Positions 61,981-64,000 of a stretch of DNA of 64,000 nt are shown in pieces. Source of the DNA: Podarcis bocagei (taxonomy: Eukaryota); the NCBI GenBank assembly GCA_964188305.1, contig OZ076888.1, one strand, 5' to 3'. The position numbers and the translations under genes were made by a program. Within the stretch, counting starts at the first letter, position 1, and every line of letters begins with the position of its first letter. The notes under the pieces are model-generated. The model was not told the origin of the DNA. It searched no databases and was given only the letters and a program-made list of their open reading frames with translations.

Positions 61981-62872
61981 TATAACTCAAGAGTCAAGAG
62001 AGAAGGCTCTACGTAGTCAGATCAGCAGAACAGATCCATTTTAAACAATTTATTTAAGCAGTTTATTAATGCTCACATAATGAAGAATCTTGTTTGGCAT
62101 CTGCTCAGTTTCACAATTAAGAGCAGCAGTGGCCTGAAAGCAACATGTCAGGATGCTGGCTCCCCGCTCTACTTTTATGGATCAGCTTGCTTCTTTTGTG
62201 TTAGATTCAGGTGCACTGCGCTGCACTGACTGTGAGCATAAGGGCTAATGCATATCCATGCAAACCAGGACTAAGATTCAGGGCACACACTTGGGACATT
62301 CTAAAGTGCATTCTATGCACTCCAAGACCTTGTCAAAGGCTTCCACACCTCCTCCTCCTGCCCCCACCTCTGCTGCACCACCATCTCCCAGGACCAGAAG
62401 AGGATTGAAGCGGAAGGAGCAGAAGGTTGCACGCAGGTGAAGACTCTGCCTGCACCTTGGATGGGGGAGATACATAAGCCGAGGTGGGGAGGGACCTCTC
62501 TGTTGCAATGACTGCCTTATCAGGTGTACAGCTAGGAGTAGCTGAGACACTTAGGACTGATGGACATGACTCCCCCTAACTTGTAAGTGTACTTTTGGCA
62601 ATAAAGAGTCAGTTCCTCCTACTCTCAGCAGCCAGAAGCATCATAGCCAGACACTGGAGAGGCCTGTCAGGAGTAAGCATGGACCAGTAGTATCAAATAG
62701 TATGGGAAACTGCCCTATTAGAAAAACAAACCAATAAACTACAACTGACATGGGCACAAATAGAAGAAGACACCTTCATCCCAGTATGGCTCCACTTTAT
62801 CACATACATAGCCCAACAAGACACCAACAAGAATCCGCCAACAACATACAAATCAATCTGGCTAACCTAATT

Positions 62873-62874
<2 letters not shown>

Positions 62875-62907
<33 letters not shown>
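62875..62907. repeat. (CA)n microsatellite
   Basis: Direct reading. Confidence 0.95.
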
Positions 62908-62908
<1 letters not shown>

Positions 62909-62935
62909 ACTCACCCACAAAAGCAAATCTCACTA

Positions 62936-63195
62936 TGGTGATACCTCTGGTTGCGAATGGAATCCATTCCGGAGGCCCGTTCGCAACATGAAAGGAACGC
63001 AACCCACAGCGGCACATCTGCGCATGCGTGGGTTGCGATTCCCCACTTCTGCGCATGTGTGTAAGGTTATTTTGCACTTCTGCGCATGCACGAGCAGTGA
63101 AACCCGGAAGTAACCCTTTCCGGTACTTCCAGGTTGCCGCGGGACACAACCTGAAAAAATGTAACATGAAGCAAATGTAACATGAGGTATGACTG
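62936..63195. mobile_element. Tc1/mariner-pogo MITE nested in the L1 fragment
   Basis: Right TIR gaggtatgactg+ta; degenerate left TIR ta+tggtgatacctc; internal aatccattccggagg motif shared in reverse with the 10765 element. Confidence 0.75.
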
Positions 63196-64000
63196 TACAG
63201 CCAGCCAACCACACCCTAAGCCACCCTCAACCTCTCTCACCACCAAGGAAATACAACAAGCTAACAGTAAGAGAACCCATACAAGTAATGCTGACACAAA
63301 ACCCCACACATACAGTAAATAGGAGAATAGAAGCATAACCACCCAACTCACCATTCCCCCTCCCCTTCTTTCCCCCCTAACACTGTATGTCTCACAGTAA
63401 ATGAAACTGATCTGTAGAAAACACAACTTGAAAAAAGAGACAACAAATGTATTTTTGCAATATTTTGTAAGAAATCTTTAATAAAGATATATTTAAAATA
63501 AAAATAAAGGGTTAATTCCTCACACTGGACATTCTTGCCTGACAGTGCAGTGACATTGAGTCTTCTTGCCAAGAAGAGCATCCCATGTTCCTGCTCCGCT
63601 AAGGTGGAAGTGGGAACTCTGCAGGCCCCGAGTGTCAGTGTGGACGTGCCCCAAAGAGTTTCTTCTTGACTTCAACAGCAGCATTACTCACAAATAAGCA
63701 AGTCATTTGAATGCTCTGCCATTTCCCCCTTCACTTCTGCCATGACTAAGAGAATAGAAACAAACACTTCCCACATGAGAATTTGTGTTGCTGGTGCTAC
63801 TTCGCATGTTAATGCTGCTAGATGAGCCATGGCAGAGCAGCTTGCACTTAGCAGCAAATAAATATCTGTGCATAATCTCGGTTTGCTAATGGGCTTCCTA
63901 TCCCATTGATCTTCTGTGGTCACTTAACTGTGATCCTGATAAGTGTCTCTGCCACAACTAATTGCATTTCAGAATCCCTCATGTCTGTACTAAAAGTAGC

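Larger units (their letters stand above)
62621..63508 (+). mobile_element. 5'-truncated L1 fragment (degenerate)
   Basis: Translates AARSIIARHWR...DQ*YQIVWETALLEK...FIPVWLHFITY, like AARILIAKYWK of L1 ORF2; ends in aataaa plus an A-rich tail. Confidence 0.75.
62331..63555 (+). mobile_element. Second solo-LTR-like element, split by an L1 insertion; 5' boundary uncertain
   Basis: 62385-62620 aligns to 10180-10665 (gaccagaagaggattgaagc, gggagatacataagcc, ctaggagtagctgaga, cctaacttgtaagtgtacttttg.caataaag). 63506-63555 matches the LTR end and finishes cagtgaca. Confidence 0.7.

Overview
Vertebrate genomic DNA, almost certainly from a squamate reptile and probably a lacertid lizard (inferred from Sauria SINEs, Bov-B 3' ends and squamate-type CR1 and L1 elements). 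The window is mostly intergenic or intronic and dense in transposons. The one host protein-coding ORF I recognise is an intronless MAP1LC3C-like (ATG8 family) ORF at 25438-25824 (-). It keeps the lipidation glycine but has an unusually altered LIR-docking motif. There is a 5.3-kb L1-clade LINE with intact ORF1 and ORF2 and a perfect 17-bp TSD (51022-56327, -). Other elements: three 5'-truncated L1 copies, two Bov-B fragments, five Sauria SINEs, CORE-type SINEs, CR1/L2 relics, two related solo-LTR-like elements (one hosting a three-layer LTR>L1>MITE nest), at least nine TA-flanked Tc1/mariner-pogo-type MITEs, and many 8-bp-TSD hAT MITEs. One 1.1-kb hAT element carries the only CpG-island-like sequence in the window. 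Weak exon and promoter signals in the first 12.5 kb and several enhancer-like unique blocks could not be assigned to named genes. Almost all other ORFs in the track are spurious. No prokaryote-type systems (CRISPR, operons) are present.
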